From positions 4,352,001-4,416,000 of the forward strand of contig CM000153.2 in NCBI GenBank assembly GCA_000004695.1: a stretch of 64,000 nucleotides of DNA. The letters are read 5' to 3'. Below the pieces are notes generated by a model. The model had not been told where the DNA came from, made no database searches, and was given only the letters and a program-made list of their open reading frames with translations. Shown in pieces: positions 53,482 to 64,000 of the stretch. This DNA is from Dictyostelium discoideum (Eukaryota). How positions within the stretch are numbered: position 1 is the stretch's first letter; every line of letters starts with the position of its first letter. Both the position numbers and the translations under genes were made by a program.

Positions 53482-55497
53482 ATGGAAGATAAAGAAGATA
53501 GAGAAAAAAGAAGTGGTGATAGAGATAAAGATAGAGATAGAGATCGTGATAGAGATAGAGATCATTATAGTGGTAGTAGTAGTAGTAGTAGCAGTAGTAG
53601 TAGAAGAGATAGAGATAGAGATAGGGATAGAGACAGAGATAGGGATAGAGATAGGGATAGGGATCGTGGTGGTGGTGATCGTGATAGAGACAGAGATAGA
53701 GATAGAGATCGTGATAGAGACAGAGATAGAGATCGTGATAGAGACAGAGATAGAGATCGTAGTAGTGAAAGAAATAGAGGAGGAGGTGATTATTCAAGTA
53801 GAAAAAGAAGTAGATCTCCAAGTGCTCGTTCAAGCACAAGAAGTGATCCATTCACAACTACACCAACATCTAGAAAATCATCACTCTGGGACAGACAACC
53901 CGACCCAAATGAAGTCAACCAACAATCACCAACTCACCAACAACAACAACCACAACCACCACCACACCAACAACAACCACCACATCAACATCACCAACAA
54001 CATTACCAACAACAACAACAACAACAACAACAACAGGGAGGAGGAGGGTTCCAACAAGGAGGAGGATTCCAACAGGGTGGGGGAGGATTCCACCAAGGAG
54101 GATTCCAAAACAACAACAACAATAATAATAATAATAATTTTAATAATAATAATAATGGCGGATTTAACCCAATGTTTCAACAGAATCAAATGTTTATGCA
54201 GCAACAGCAATTACAACAACAGCAACAATTACAACAACAGCAGCAACAAAATAATCAAGAGACACCACAAAAAAAACAAAGTAGAAGAATTTATGTTGGT
54301 AATATTCCACCAGGTATATCAGATTCAGAGTTGATGGAATTTTTTAATGCAGCTGTATTGGCAGCAAATTTAAATACAAAACCTGGACCACCAGTGGTGT
54401 TTTGTCAAATTAACGCACCTAAATGCTTTGCATTTATAGAGTTTAGGTCACCAGAGGAGGCGACAAATGCAATGAGATTCGATGGTATTTCATTAAAGAA
54501 TTTCACATTGAAAATTCGTAGACCAAAGGATTATCAATCGACATCTGATAACACTGGTGGCAATGCGTCATTGTTACCATCGATTGTGCCAACCAATGTA
54601 CCAGATAGTGAGAATAAAATCTATGTCGGTGGTTTACCATCGAATTTATCAGAGGAACAAGTTAAATCATTATTATCAGCATATGGTAAACTAAAAGCAT
54701 TCAATTTGGTAAAGGATACCAATACTGGTGTAAGTAAAGGTTTTGCATTTTGTGAATATCAAGATTCTGAAGTAACTGATGTGGCATGTTCAAAATTGAA
54801 TGGTATACCATTAGCTGATAAAACATTGGTTGTACAACGTGCAAGTATTGGTTCAAAACCACCTGGAGACGCATCTAAAGGTGGTGATGTTACACAACAA
54901 CAGCATCAACAACAACAGCAACAACAATCAACAAGCAATGGTAGTGGTTCAATGGTTTTACCCCATTTAACTGGTGCGAATAGTAGTTTAATGGAGGATC
55001 AAGGTGGTGGTGGTGATAGTTTACCAAATGGCGTTGATCCAACAATTGCTGGATTATTAAATTTAAATATACCGGTTGCTCAAACATTAAGTATAATAAG
55101 AACAAATCTTTTAAATAGTAGTGTAAGTGGTGGTGGTGGTACAACAAATGGTACGATTACACCTGACAACAATACGAAACCATCTTGTGTCATTCAAATT
55201 TTAAACCTCGTCGATAGAGAGGACATTTTTGATGATAAAGAATATGATAATATATTAATCGATGTAAAAGAAGAATGTGAACAATTTGGTGAAGTGCAAT
55301 CAATTTGGTTACCTTTACCATCTAAAAATCCATTAGAAGTCACAAGAGTTTATGTTGAATTTTCTCAAGTAGAATTTGCTCAAAAAGCTTGTTTAGCCTT
55401 AGGTGGTAGAAAATATAATGGTAGAGTACTTTTCTCTGCATATTATCCTGAAGATTTATTTTTTAAAAATTCACAACAACAACAACAACAATCATAA
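53482..55497 (+). CDS. Splicing factor U2AF large subunit (U2AF65-like) with an RD/RS-dipeptide domain, two RRMs and a C-terminal UHM
   Basis: A single 671-aa ORF. The N-terminal (RD)n arises from (AGAGAT)n. RRM1 is RRIYVGNIPPGISDSELMEFF...KCFAFIEFRSPEEATNAM. RRM2 is NKIYVGGLPSNLSEEQVKSLLSAYGKLKAFNLVKD...KGFAFCEYQD. The UHM is CVIQILNLVDREDIFDDKEYDNILIDVKEECEQFGEV...RVYVEF...GRKYNGRVLFSAYYPEDLF. Confidence 0.8.
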   Translation: MEDKEDREKRSGDRDKDRDRDRDRDRDHYSGSSSSSSSSSRRDRDRDRDRDRDRDRDRDRDRGGGDRDRDRDRDRDRDRDRDRDRDRDRDRDRSSERNRGGGDYSSRKRSRSPSARSSTRSDPFTTTPTSRKSSLWDRQPDPNEVNQQSPTHQQQQPQPPPHQQQPPHQHHQQHYQQQQQQQQQQGGGGFQQGGGFQQGGGGFHQGGFQNNNNNNNNNNFNNNNNGGFNPMFQQNQMFMQQQQLQQQQQLQQQQQQNNQETPQKKQSRRIYVGNIPPGISDSELMEFFNAAVLAANLNTKPGPPVVFCQINAPKCFAFIEFRSPEEATNAMRFDGISLKNFTLKIRRPKDYQSTSDNTGGNASLLPSIVPTNVPDSENKIYVGGLPSNLSEEQVKSLLSAYGKLKAFNLVKDTNTGVSKGFAFCEYQDSEVTDVACSKLNGIPLADKTLVVQRASIGSKPPGDASKGGDVTQQQHQQQQQQQSTSNGSGSMVLPHLTGANSSLMEDQGGGGDSLPNGVDPTIAGLLNLNIPVAQTLSIIRTNLLNSSVSGGGGTTNGTITPDNNTKPSCVIQILNLVDREDIFDDKEYDNILIDVKEECEQFGEVQSIWLPLPSKNPLEVTRVYVEFSQVEFAQKACLALGGRKYNGRVLFSAYYPEDLFFKNSQQQQQQS

Positions 55498-55629
55498 CAC
55501 ATAATAAAAAAAAAAAAAAAAAAAAAATAACAATAAAAAGAAATAATATAATATAAATTTAGACTATAACAAATCTTATTTAAATATTTATTTTATTTAT
55601 TTGTTTTATTTTATTTTATTTTTTTATTT

Positions 55630-55669
<40 letters not shown>

Positions 55670-55675
55670 TTTTTT

Positions 55676-57032
55676 TTAATCATCTTCAAATGAATTTAAT
55701 TTTCTAGCTCTTTGTTCTAAATTTTCAGCTTCTTTTAATCTACCTTTATCACGTAACATTTGAGCATAATCCCAAAGTACATTACCAAAGTCAATATCAA
55801 CCTCTTTGTTTATTCTTAATTCTCTTTCTCTTTTTCCAGGTTGATAATGATAGTTTGTATCATTTTGATTTAATAATTGACGTTCTTGTTCTTTTCTTTT
55901 AGTTTGATTTTTATAATCTTCAAAGATTGTAATACATTTATTAAAGAAACCTTCAGCGAATGCTAAATTCCTTTTATCTCTATTTAATTTACCTAAGATA
56001 TAAAGAATCGTACCAACTTTTGGATTATTTCTACCATAAACTAATTCAGATTTTGAAATTGCTTTATCTAAAATTGGTTCAGCTTTATCAAATTGATCAC
56101 TATCAAATAAAAATTCACCATAATTTGATAAAATATTAACTAATTCAATATCATTTTTATTTAATTCTGCTAATTCAATTGATTTCTTATAAAGTTGTTC
56201 TGCTAATTCATCATTATTACCATTTGAATGTAAATAACATGCATAATTTGATAAAATTGATTCTATATATATATATATAAAAATATTAATATTAATATTA
56301 ATATTAATTATTAAATTATGTATATTTGTTTGTTTTACCATTTAATTTATCATTTTCATTTAATTTTTGTTTTGAAAGTTCAATTAATTCTTTATAAAGT
56401 TTATCAGCAGATTCATTACAATCTAATGATAAAATGATTGCTTTATTTAATAGAGTTGAAATTAATAATTCCCAATCATTATTTTTTTTTGCAATTTCAT
56501 TAATTTCATCAATGATTTTAAAACACTTTTCAGTGTCACCTTGATATTGTGAACAGATTAATAGATAATTTAAAGTTGGTATTAAATATTGTGAATCTAT
56601 ATCATTGGTTGTTAGATTTGTATTATTTTTTAATCTTGATATAACTTGATTTGCATACCTTTCAGCACTTGAAAGATCACCAATTATTAATTCAAGATTA
56701 ACCATACGAAATAGTACATTCAATGTTATTGGATGTTTTGCACCAATTGTTGATTCTACCATCGACAATGATCTATTTAAAATTGATTTGGCTGCACTAT
56801 AATTACCACGTTCTTCATATTTTTTAAAATCTTTAATTTCTTGAAATACTTCATCATCTTCACTAAATTTATAATCAGTTTTTAATGTTTGAAAACTTTT
56901 GTATGATACAAACCTATTATTATTATTATTATTATTATTGTTATTAAAAATATTATTTAAAAATAAATTTGTAGTTGTTTTATTTTTTAAATTGATTTTA
57001 TTAAATCTTGATACCAATGATGAGATCATCAT
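55676..57032 (-). CDS. TPR-repeat protein with a predicted mitochondrial presequence; complement(join(55676..56262,56339..57032))
   Basis: Two overlapping minus-strand ORFs are joined by a 76-nt intron (donor GTAAAA, acceptor TATATAG), phase 1. The product MMISSLVSRFNKINLK...(N)9...RF has a basic/hydroxylated N-terminus, followed by multiple TPR-like helices (AKSILNRSLSMVES..., AERYANQVISRL..., LAEQLYKKSIELAE..., AEPILDKAISKSE...). Confidence 0.6.
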
Positions 57033-57315
57033 TTTTTTTTTTTTTTTTGAATCTTTTTTTTTTTTTTTTTTAAATCTTTTTTATTGTTTTGAAGATTTTG
57101 AGTTTGGGGAAAAAAAAAAAAAAAAAAAAAAAAAAATAATAATAAAAAAATAGATGAAATTCGTCAAATTTTAATTTTTATTTTTTTTTTATTTTTTAAT
57201 TTTTTTTTTATTTTTTTTTTTTTTATAAAAAAACGAATCATTGATTTTTTAATTTTTTTTTTTTTATATTTCATAACCAAAAACTTTTTTTTTTGAAATT
57301 ATTAAAAAAAATAAA

Positions 57316-58466
57316 ATGATCAGATCATTAAATTTTGCTTTAAGTGTGTAATAATAATTTTTTTTTTTATTTTTTTATTATTAAAAATTAAATTCACTAA
57401 TAAATTTTTTTTTTTTTTTTAAATAGGAAATTGTAATAAAAATATTTTAATTAATTCAAATAAAATAACAATTAATAATGGATTATTATTGAAAAAGAAT
57501 AATTTTTGTACACAATCAACAAGTGAAGTTAAAGTACCAACTGAATTAGTTGTACAATTAAGAAAAAAGACTCAATCACCAGTACAAGAATGTAAGAAAG
57601 CATTACAAGCTAGTAACAATGATATGGATGGTGCAATCAAATGGTTATTAGAAAAGGGTAAAGCCACTGCTGAGAAATTAAAGAGTAGAGTATCAGCAGA
57701 GGGTATCATTTCAGTATTGGTCGATAGTGGTAGTGGAAAAGCTGTCATTTTAGAAATGAATAGTGAAACTGATTTCGTATCACGTGGTGACATTTTCCGT
57801 AATTTAGCAAGAGACATCTCCAAAGCAACTTTATCAAACCCAATCAGTGGTGGAAAGTTAGCAGAGAATGGAATCTTGGAACTTGACCCAACCCAAGTTG
57901 AAAACATTTACCCAATTAAAATTAACATCACCAATGAGGATGGCGTCGCTGAAGAAATGACTATCAAAGACTCAATAGTTCGTATTGTTAGTAAATTACG
58001 TGAGAATATTGTAATTCGTCGTGCATCTTTCATTCAACCATTAAATAATAATAATAATAATAGTAAATCATATATTTCATCATATGCACATGACTCAACA
58101 TCAGAAAAGAAAGATGTTGGTCGTTTAGGTTCAATCGTTCAATTTGAATATCAAGGTGATTGTAATAATATGAATTCTCTTAAAGAGTTTGCCAATCAAT
58201 TAGCAATTCACATTGTTAGTAATTCACCAAGTGTAGTTACAGTCAATGATATTCCAAGTTCAGTTTTAGAGGAATGTAAAAATAATAACAAAAATCCAGA
58301 ATCACTCTATGATGATATGGTACTCTATGAACAATCTTACATGTATTCTCCAGATCATTCCGTAAAACAATATCTTGAAATTCTCTCTGAAAAATTAGGT
58401 ATTAAAAATTTATCTGTCAAAACTTTTAGACGTTATGCAATTGGTGAAACTGCCGAACGTGTTTAA
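57316..58466 (+). CDS. Mitochondrial translation elongation factor Ts (EF-Ts); join(57316..57343,57427..58466)
   Basis: The body VPTELVVQLRKKTQSPVQECKKALQASNNDMDGAIKWLLEKG (UBA-like EF-Ts N-domain) ... EGIISVLVDSGSGKAVILEMNSETDFVSRGDIFRNL matches EF-Ts. The track ORF starts at a TTG, and there is no in-frame ATG upstream. A 28-nt exon ATGATCAGATCATTAAATTTTGCTTTAA with a GTGTGT donor, plus an AAATAG acceptor at 57426, gives MIRSLNFAL-R-NCNKNILINSNK..., a plausible mitochondrial presequence. That first exon is inferred. Confidence 0.6.
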
Positions 58467-58582
58467 ATTAAACAAAAAAAAAATAAAATAAAAATAAAAT
58501 AAACAAATTAAAATTTTATTTATAGAAACCATAAAAAAAAAAAAAAAAAAAAGGAAATAAATTATTTAATTCATAACAACCT

Positions 58583-58972
58583 CTATCTATTCTTTTTAGT
58601 ATTTTTATTAGAGTTACCATTCTTATTATTATTATTATTATTATTTTGATTTTGATTTTGATTTGTTAAGGATGGTTTAACTTGAGATAATAATGTATCT
58701 AAATTAAAATAAAGTCTAATATTATCATAGGAAAGATTACATGGTTCAAATAATTTATCATCTTTTGGAGTTTTCTTGTCATATGGCATTTTAAATTCAT
58801 TCTTTCTATATGGCATTCTAGATACTTCAACACCATTTTTAAATAATATAATTGATGGTATTTGTTTACTTGATACTGAATCAGCTATATCATATTCATA
58901 AGCAATTGATTTCCATCTTCCAATATCAATTTTACCAAAATTAATACCTTGATAACTAAATTTAATAAGAGG

Positions 58973-59044
<72 letters not shown>

Positions 59045-59692
59045 TTATTATTATATATTATTATTAAATATTTTTTAATAATAAAATAAAATAATTACAT
59101 GTAAGATAAATCAGCAAAAGTTGAAGCTAAATATGTACATGGTGGAGACCAAGTTGTAAAGAATTCAACTAATAAATATTTATCTTTTAATTCTTTTGAT
59201 TGTGCTGAAAATGCCAAAGAATTTTTAAAAGTGATTTGATTGAAAAAGTGAACGAAATTTGATTGTTTTGGCTCAGGTTGTGATTTGTATAAATATACCA
59301 ACATGCAAACAAATAAATAAACCAATACATAATAAAGTCCATAATGTAAAAAGTTGCCAAAAAATCCTAATTCTTTAGTTGAACTTAAAGTTTGTTTACT
59401 ATTTTCATTTTCATTATCAAATTTAAATGGTTCTTGTGTTTCTTCTGATGATGATGATGATGACCCATCTATATTATTGGATTTCATTTTATTTGTATAT
59501 TCTAATTTAAATTGAGTTTCACCAGAATAATATAGTAATATAATTGTTGACATTTTTAATGTGAATATAATACCTGTTAAAATTTGATCAATATTTTTAT
59601 TCTTTAATATTTTTAATACAACCATAAATCCTGATACATATAAAATCATTAATTCATTCTATTTATTTTAAATTAGTTATTATTTATTTAAA

Positions 59693-59731
<39 letters not shown>

Positions 59732-60008
59732 AATTGTGGTGTTTGGAGAAAAAAAAAAAAAAAAAATAATAATAATATTAATTAACAATTACCTTTGGTT
59801 TTAAAATTAGACCTGATAACCTTAAAATTGGATATGCAAGTAAAAATATAAAATTTAATAAATAATATGTTTGTAATATGTGTTGAATTAATCTTGCTTT
59901 CATAATTGTTGATGTCTCTTGATGAATTTCAACTTTTCCGGCAGTGTGAATTGGAGGTTTTGTTGAAATTCCATCCTTTGTTGTTGATGATGATGAAGTG
60001 TTGTTCAT
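58583..60008 (-). CDS. Thioredoxin-related transmembrane protein (TMX2-like); complement(join(58583..58955,59099..59658,59793..60008))
   Basis: Exon 1 (MNNTSSSSTTKDG...LILKPK) has a GTAATT donor. Exon 2 (NELMILYVSGF... with hydrophobic segments ...LLVEFFTTWSPPCTYLASTFADLSY) carries a WxxPC thioredoxin motif and ends in phase 2 before GTAATT. A 143-nt intron contains a 66-nt poly(A) tract on the + strand (poly(T) on the coding strand). Exon 3 gives (I)YQGINFGKIDIGRWKSIAYEYDIADSVSSKQIPSIILFKNG..., which matches human TMX2 (LNFGKVDVGRY...QLPTLILFQGG). Confidence 0.65.
58973..59038. repeat. 66-nt poly(A) tract (poly(T) on the gene strand) inside intron 2 of the TMX2-like gene
   Basis: An uninterrupted A run can be read directly, between acceptor 58956 and donor 59098. 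Confidence 0.9.
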
Positions 60009-60388
60009 TTTTGCGCTAAAATGATCATTTACCTAAATTGGGATTGGTATTTTTTTTTTTTTCAAAAAAATAAAAATAAAAAAAAGTAAAAATATTTTTT
60101 TTTTTTATTTTTTTTTAATTTATTTTTAAAAATAAAAAAATAAAAAAATAATAATTTTATTTTTTTTATTTTTTATTTTTTTTTTCTCCTTAACTTCAAT
60201 AAAAAAAAAAAAAAATTTAATTTAAAAAAAAAAAAGAAAAAAAAAAAATTTTAAAAATTTCATTTTTTATTTTTAATTCTCAACCCAAATAACCATCTTG
60301 TTTATATATATAAAAAAATAAAAATAATCACACAATCACACACACACACCTTTAAAACACAAATAAACATATAAATAATACCAATAAA

Positions 60389-62128
60389 ATGAAAGTCACA
60401 ATCAAAAACATTAATAAAGAAATTTATGTTTTTGAAGTAAATGGAGATTTAACTGTAAGTTTTTTTTTGATTTCATTTCCTATTCTTTATTTTTTCTCTT
60501 TTTTTTTTTTTTTTTTATTATTTTTTTTTTTTTTTCAAGTCATATACAACAAATAAAAAAAATATAATTATTGAAAAAGATTTAACAATTTTTTTTTTTT
60601 TTTTTTTTTTCTTCCTCATCTCCAAAAAATAATAATTTATAAAAAACAATATAATTTAAATAAAAAAAATGATTATTAAAATCAGGTAGCAGAATTAAAA
60701 AATTTAATTAGTGAAAAACATAATCAAACTCCATCATGGCAAACATTAATTTATAGTGGAAAGATTTTAGAAGATAAACGTACACTCGAATCATATAATA
60801 TTACTGATTCAGGATTTATTGTTATGATGATTAAAAAACCAAGAGAAGCACCAGCAACCACACCAGCACCATCAACTACACCAGCACCATCAACTACATC
60901 AGCACCAACCACCACCACTACTGCAGAACCAACCCCAACCACTTCCTCAACTAATAATACATCAACTACAACTCCAACTTCAGTCCCAACACCAACCAAC
61001 AATACACCAGCCACACCAAATCCAACCCCAACCACTTCCTCAACACCAGGTTCAACCTCTACAACTTCACCACAACAATCCTCTGATTTCGCCACCGGCA
61101 CTGAATTAGAAGCCACAATTAAAAATATTACAGATATGGGTTTTGCAAGAGATCAAGTTTTAAGAGCACTCAGACTTACCTTTAACAATGCTGAACGTGC
61201 TATTGAATATTTAGTTAGTGGAAATATTCCAGCTGCAAATGATCCAGAAGATGAAGAAGAAATGGAAGGTAATTATTTTTAATCTCTTTATTTTTATTAT
61301 TATTATTTTTTTTTTTTTATTTTTTTTTTTTTTTTCGTAATTATTTTTTTTTTTTATTTTTTTTTATTTTTATTTGGTACCTTTTTTTCTTTTATATAAT
61401 TTTATTCTATATTATATAAGGATTAATCTTAACCAATTTAAACATTTATTATTTTTATTATTTTTTTTTTTTTATATTTTTTTTTCTCTCTCTCTCTCTC
61501 TATCTTTTATTGTGCCTCTCTGTTATTTATTTCTTATATTATTAATCTCCTTTTAATGGATTGGATACTACCATTTTAATTTTTTTTACCAAATACGGAT
61601 TCCGAATATGATCACGAACATGAACATGACCATGGATTTGATGATTCATTAGGTGGTGGTGGTAGTGGTGATAATCCATTCGAAGCTTTAAGAAATCATC
61701 CACACTTCAACTTACTTCGTGAAGCCATCTCCAAAAATCCAAGCATTATCCCAGGAATCTTACAACAATTAGCTCAAACCAATCCAGCCCTCGTTAGACA
61801 AATCCAAGAAAATCCAAATGAATTTATTCGTCTCTTCCAAGGTGATGGTAACCCAGGTGGCAATCCAGGTCAATTTACTCTTCAAGTCACTCAAGAAGAA
61901 TCTGAAGCAATTCAAAGAGTGAGTATTTTTTTATTTTTTTTTATTTTTAAATTTTTCTTTTTTCCCATTAATTTACTAATATCCATCATCAAAATTTTTA
62001 ATAACCAAAAACAGTTACAAGCCTTAACAGGTATGGATAAATCAACAGTTATTGAAGCTTATTTTGCATGTGACAAGAATGAAGAACTCACAGCTTCTTA
62101 TCTTTTTGAAACTGCTGACGATGAATAA
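60389..62128 (+). CDS. rcbA: UV excision repair protein RAD23 homologue (UBL-UBA1-XPC-binding-UBA2); join(60389..60454,60686..61268,61653..61918,62015..62128)
   Basis: The UBL domain MKVTIKNINKEIYVFEVNGDLT|VAELKNLISEKHNQTPSWQTLIYSGKILEDKRTLESYNITDSGFIVMM is split by an intron with a GTAAGT donor. UBA1 is TGTELEATIKNITDMGFARDQVLRALRLTFNNAERAIEYLVSGNIP. The XPC-binding domain is NPFEALRNHPHFNLLREAISKNPSIIPGILQQLAQTNPALVRQIQENPNEFIRLFQ. UBA2 is EAIQR|LQALTGMDKSTVIEAYFACDKNEELTASYLFE. The start of exon 3 (61653, after the only AG) is uncertain; see findings. The symbol is from memory and of moderate certainty. Confidence 0.7.
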
Positions 62129-62330
62129 ACAAAACTAAACTTTTTAAAATAAAAAATTAATAAAGAAAAAAAAAAAAAAGAAAAAAAAAAAAAAACTTGT
62201 TTTATATATAAATTAAAGAATTATTTAATTAATTATTTAGTAGTGTAATAGAATTGGAAAAAGAAATAAAATAATATAAAATAAATTAAATATAAAAAAA
62301 AAAAAAAAAGATAATTTATTATATACATAT

Positions 62331-64000
62331 TTATTTTTGAGATGTTGAATTTTGTTGTTGTTGTTTTTGTTGTTGTTTTTGTTGTTGTTGTTGTTGTGAA
62401 TTATTTGTTGTTGTTGTTGTTGTTGAAAGTGAAGTAAAACTATTTGGATTAATTGTAACACTTTTGGTACAATTATCAGTTTTATAAATACCAACTAAAC
62501 GATCAGCTAATTCAAACATATAATTTCTTAAAGAGATAATAATGAATTGAGCATTTTTAGTTCTTTCTTTAATATAATTAGCAATGATTGAAACATTTTT
62601 AAAATCTAAAGCTGCATCAATTTCATCCATTACATAGAGAGCATTTGGTTTATAATGATGAAGTGCAAATACTAAAGCTAAAGAAGATAAAGTTTTCTCA
62701 CCACCAGAAAGATTTGAAATATTTTTCCAACTCTTTTTTGGAGGTCTAACACTGAAAGAGATACCTTCTTGGAATGGATCTTCACGATCGATGATTTCCA
62801 ATTCAGCATCACCACCCAATGTAATCATTTGATAAATTTCTTTTAGTTTCATTGTGATAATTGTAAAGCCAGCCATGAATTCATCCAAACGATTCTTTCT
62901 AAGACTTTCATATCTTTTGGATAGATTGTCACGTTCTTTTTCAATTTCATCAAATTCCGCCTTTCTACTATGATATTCTTGTTCCTTCTTTTGGAAATCT
63001 TTAACCACTTCAATGTTTACATTGTTTTCTTTTGAAATTTTTTGAATTTGAGTGGTGAGTTCATGAATTTTGGCAATTAGATTTTGTTGTTCAGTGGCCT
63101 CCATATATTGTTCAATCTCCTCGGGTGTTAAGATTGCAGAGACTTGATTGATGAGTGATTCATCGACATAGTCTTTATAGATTTTTGCTTTCTTTGCTTG
63201 GTTTGCAAATTTACTTAAACAATCGGCGATCTCTGCTTGTTTCTCATTGATAAGGGTTTTAAATTCTTCGATTTGAGTCTCCAATTTACTATTGCTAACT
63301 TTAATCTTTTCAATTACTTTTTTGGCTTTTTCATGTTCTTTTCTAATTTCTTTGGTTTCTTCTTCCTTTTCACGAAGTTGTTCAGAGACAGCTTCCATTG
63401 CTTCAGTGGCTTTAAGATTCTCTTTCTCCAATGATTTATATTTCTCTAGAATCTCTGCTAATGCTGCTTCATTCTCATCCTTTTCTTTGGTATTTTCATT
63501 CAATATTTTAATTGATTTTTCCATTGATTTTGCTAATGATTTGATTTGAACATTTGCTTTGGTAGTGTTGGTTTGGTTTGAATCAATTCTAGATTGAAGT
63601 GATTCAACTTTATTCTTTTGCATTTTCAATTGTGGACCACCAACATTTAAGATACTGTTTTGAATTTCTTGAACTTCAGATTCTAATTTATTAACTTTCT
63701 CTTGAACCTTATCTAAAGATTTTTGATCAACAATCAATGATTCTTTGATGGAATCGATTTGTTCCTTCTTTTCAGTGGATAACTTTGCTTTATTCTTTAG
63801 TTGAGGAATAACTTTGGTTAACTCTTCACATTTTGTAATGGCTGCTTTAATATCCATATCCATCTTTGGCAATTCTAATTCTAATTCAGAACGACGATTT
63901 TGTGCTTGTTGAATTTGGTTTTCAATCTCTACCAACTCATCCCTACATTGACGAAGATCACTATCCAATTGAGAAAGATTGTCTTGTAACTCTATCAATT
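62331..64000 (-). CDS. smc4: Structural maintenance of chromosomes protein 4 (condensin SMC4), C-terminal coiled-coil and ATPase tail; the gene continues beyond the window end
   Basis: The C-terminus LSGGEKTLSSLALVFALHHYKPNALYVMDEIDAALDFKNVSIIANYIKERTKNAQFIIISLRNYMFELADRLVGIYKTDNCTKSV is near-identical to the metazoan SMC4 signature/Walker-B/D-loop region. It is preceded by about 400 aa of heptad coiled-coil. The ORF is open to the window edge, so the N-terminus is missing. Confidence 0.8.
   Translation of the reverse strand, partial: LIELQDNLSQLDSDLRQCRDELVEIENQIQQAQNRRSELELELPKMDMDIKAAITKCEELTKVIPQLKNKAKLSTEKKEQIDSIKESLIVDQKSLDKVQEKVNKLESEVQEIQNSILNVGGPQLKMQKNKVESLQSRIDSNQTNTTKANVQIKSLAKSMEKSIKILNENTKEKDENEAALAEILEKYKSLEKENLKATEAMEAVSEQLREKEEETKEIRKEHEKAKKVIEKIKVSNSKLETQIEEFKTLINEKQAEIADCLSKFANQAKKAKIYKDYVDESLINQVSAILTPEEIEQYMEATEQQNLIAKIHELTTQIQKISKENNVNIEVVKDFQKKEQEYHSRKAEFDEIEKERDNLSKRYESLRKNRLDEFMAGFTIITMKLKEIYQMITLGGDAELEIIDREDPFQEGISFSVRPPKKSWKNISNLSGGEKTLSSLALVFALHHYKPNALYVMDEIDAALDFKNVSIIANYIKERTKNAQFIIISLRNYMFELADRLVGIYKTDNCTKSVTINPNSFTSLSTTTTTTNNSQQQQQQKQQQKQQQQNSTSQK

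Noticed and set aside
53474-54334. ORF 53513..54334 (+, 273 aa) and ORFs 53474..53851 (-) and 53926..54210 (-)
   Set aside because: They are alternate-frame or antisense readings of the (AGAGAT)n RD-repeat and Gln-rich region of the U2AF65 gene. The U2AF frame has the RRM and UHM motifs, and these do not.
61419-61420. Alternative AG acceptor for RAD23 intron 2
   Set aside because: Using it would add about 230 nt of AT-rich, stop-containing sequence to the transcript.

Overview
This window reads as nuclear genomic DNA from a dictyostelid amoeba, almost certainly Dictyostelium discoideum. It is about 75-80% AT. Genes are densely packed and interrupted by short (about 75-320 nt) AT-rich GT...AG introns, mostly with GTAAGT or GTATGT donors. 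Coding regions are full of (AAT)n and (CAA)n microsatellites that encode poly-Asn and poly-Gln. One product is a near-exact match to the MAP kinase ErkA (ERK1). I could support 27 protein-coding genes, two of them truncated at the window edges. Most needed manual exon joining, because the six-frame ORF track is broken by introns and several of its 'M' starts are actually TTG, GTG or ATT codons. Recognisable products on the + strand: ErkA, an FAD monooxygenase, a SAP-domain protein, a POT1-like OB-fold protein, a polyPro-WH2/VCA-like protein, a GAF-domain fRMsr, an NmrA-like protein, a JmjC protein, U2AF65, mitochondrial EF-Ts and RAD23. On the - strand: a U1-type zinc-finger protein, an NCS-family EF-hand protein, a giant C1-domain protein, a Kelch+SAM protein, a BTB-MATH protein, RPL34, a TPR protein, a TMX2-like thioredoxin membrane protein and the SMC4 C-terminus. 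The rest are lineage-specific low-complexity proteins, including a tandem pair of F-box-like paralogues. I found no rRNA, tRNA, CRISPR array or prokaryotic-style defence or operon system; this is ordinary eukaryotic chromosome. The most interesting items are a VCA-like Arp2/3-activator C-terminus on an unrecognised N-terminus, a POT1-like gene, the tandem paralogue pair, and a 4.3-kb gene-free block (44.4-48.7 kb). That block contains G/C homopolymers, a perfect G-quadruplex motif and a roughly 150-bp degenerate tandem repeat. A RAD23 intron also holds a codon-like in-frame stretch with no AG acceptor. All coordinates and splice sites were derived by hand and should be checked with a spliced aligner.
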